NCBI GenBank assembly: GCA_963716255.1
Contig: OY970303.1
Span: 1,408,001-1,472,000, forward strand
Source of the DNA: an uncultured Gemmatimonadales bacterium
Lineage (GTDB): Bacteria; Gemmatimonadota; Gemmatimonadetes; Longimicrobiales; Longimicrobiaceae
DNA length: 64,000 bases
Reading direction: 5' to 3'
Below the pieces are notes generated by a model that was not told the origin of the DNA, did no database searches, and worked only from the letters and a program-made list of their open reading frames with translations. The translations under genes and the position numbers were made by a program. Below are positions 62,556-64,000 of this stretch, piece after piece; position 1 is the first letter of the stretch, and each line of letters begins with the position of its first letter.

Positions 62556-64000
62556 ATGCGCAGCTCCCTCATCGCCCTTTCCGTCCTGCTCCTGGCCGCG
62601 GCGCCCGCCGCCACGCAGGAGCCCGCGGCGGACGCCGCCCGGGCGGACACCCTCAGCCGGATGGACCTCCCCCCCGAGGTCGCGGAGGAGGTGATCGATT
62701 TCTTCAACGACCAGCGCACCCTTCACTTCAGCGGGCGCACCCGCATCCCCGAGGAGCGCGCCATCGACGGCGACGTGGGCGTGCTCGGGGGCCCGCTCGT
62801 GGTGGCCGGGCGCATCGAGGGGCGGGTGGTGGTGATCAACGGCGACGTGGAGCTCCTCCCCGGCGCGGTGGTGGACGGCGACCTCACCGTGGTCGGCGGG
62901 GAGATCACGGGGCTGGACGGGGCCCGCGTCACCGGCGAGGTGCTCACGTACACGGAGCGGCTGCGCTTCGTGCACCGCGGCGACCGCATCGCCCGCAGGG
63001 GCGGCGACCGGCGCCGGGACCGCGATGCCGGCCGGGAGGGGGACGGCGCGAGCGGACGGGCCACCTTCCTGGTGACCAGCGGGCAGAGTTACAACCGGGT
63101 GGAGGGGCTCCCGGTGCACTTCGGACCGTTGATCGAGACCTCGGGGTCCAACCCCTTCCGGCTGCGCGCGCTCGCCGTGTACCGCACCGAGAACGGCCCC
63201 TTCTTCCGCACCGAGCGGTGGGGGCACGACGTGAGCGCCGAGCAGTTCTTCGGCGGGCGGCGCGAGCTGCGCGTGGGCGGCGGCGTGTACTCCGTGGTGG
63301 CGCCCATCGAGGACTGGCACCTGAGCGACACCGAGAACGGGCTGTCCACCTTCCTCTTCCACCGCGACTTCCGCGACCACTACGAGCGCAAGGGGTGGAA
63401 CGCGTACGCCACGCTGGAGCCGCGGGGGACGCCGCTCTCGCTGACGGGCGGATACCGCTCCGAGCGGCACGCCAGCCTGGCCGCGGGCGACCCGTGGACC
63501 ATCTTCGACAACGGCGACGCCTGGCGTCCGCAGCCCCTCGTGGGCGAGGGGCGGCTCAACAGCATCTTCGCCACCGCCAGGATCGACACCCGCAACGACC
63601 GCGACGAGCCCTCGCACGGGTGGTACGTGCAGGGCGAGGTGGAGCACGCGCTGAACGACGGCCTGGTGCGCCCCGCCGCCCTCCGCCCCACGTTCGGGCC
63701 GCTCGACGAGTTCACGCTGGTCCCCGTCCCCGCCATGCCGTACGGCGCCTTCACCACGGGGCTGCTGGACGTGCGCCGCTACAACCGAATCGACCCGGAC
63801 TCGCGCCTGAACCTGCGGGTGGTGGTGGCGGGGTCGCTGGACGGGTCGGAGCTCCCGCCGCAGCGGCAGCACGCCCTGGGCGGCGAGGGGACGCTCCCCG
63901 GCTACTCGCTGCTGGAGCTGGACTGCGGCGCCCGGGTGGACCGGGTGGTGCGCCCGGTGTCCGGGGCCGACCCCACCGACCCCGACGCGCCGGCGTTCTT
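62556..64000 (+). CDS. Secreted/outer-membrane protein with beta-helix-like N-terminus and probable beta-barrel (3' truncated; absent from the ORF track)
   Basis: GGAGG RBS, MRSSLIALSVLLLAAA signal peptide, I.GDV.V.GG / V.GDL.VVGG repeats, YNRVEG, DFRDHY; the GC3-rich frame appears open to the window end. Confidence 0.75.
   Translation, partial: MRSSLIALSVLLLAAAPAATQEPAADAARADTLSRMDLPPEVAEEVIDFFNDQRTLHFSGRTRIPEERAIDGDVGVLGGPLVVAGRIEGRVVVINGDVELLPGAVVDGDLTVVGGEITGLDGARVTGEVLTYTERLRFVHRGDRIARRGGDRRRDRDAGREGDGASGRATFLVTSGQSYNRVEGLPVHFGPLIETSGSNPFRLRALAVYRTENGPFFRTERWGHDVSAEQFFGGRRELRVGGGVYSVVAPIEDWHLSDTENGLSTFLFHRDFRDHYERKGWNAYATLEPRGTPLSLTGGYRSERHASLAAGDPWTIFDNGDAWRPQPLVGEGRLNSIFATARIDTRNDRDEPSHGWYVQGEVEHALNDGLVRPAALRPTFGPLDEFTLVPVPAMPYGAFTTGLLDVRRYNRIDPDSRLNLRVVVAGSLDGSELPPQRQHALGGEGTLPGYSLLELDCGARVDRVVRPVSGADPTDPDAPAF

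Overview
High-GC chromosomal window, probably from a Gemmatimonadota (Longimicrobium-like) bacterium; that assignment is inferred from gene content and style only. It holds about 60 CDSs. Housekeeping genes include gyrB, a DciA/DUF721 gene, recF, rho, ispG, msrPQ, thpR and ogt. Also present are three orphan PAS/GAF histidine kinases (two share a near-identical ~700-bp transmitter region), a B12-binding radical SAM gene, a Phd/VapC toxin-antitoxin pair, a complete IS5-family element with 14-bp terminal IRs and a CTAT target duplication, and a frameshifted M50 protease gene. Three signals stand out. (1) A compact RiPP cluster: a 54-aa precursor with an internal CPTCRSG motif, a DUF692/MNIO enzyme and a partner protein. 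(2) Two dispersed intergenic repeat families (12 and 4 copies) built from one shared hairpin module whose stems co-vary between copies while the loop and an A.G mismatch stay nearly fixed. (3) A translationally coupled operon of a class-A-beta-lactamase-like hydrolase, an M15-like peptidase and a PafA/Dop-like ligase, with no Pup or proteasome genes in the window. All product calls come from motif recognition by eye; no database searches were run.
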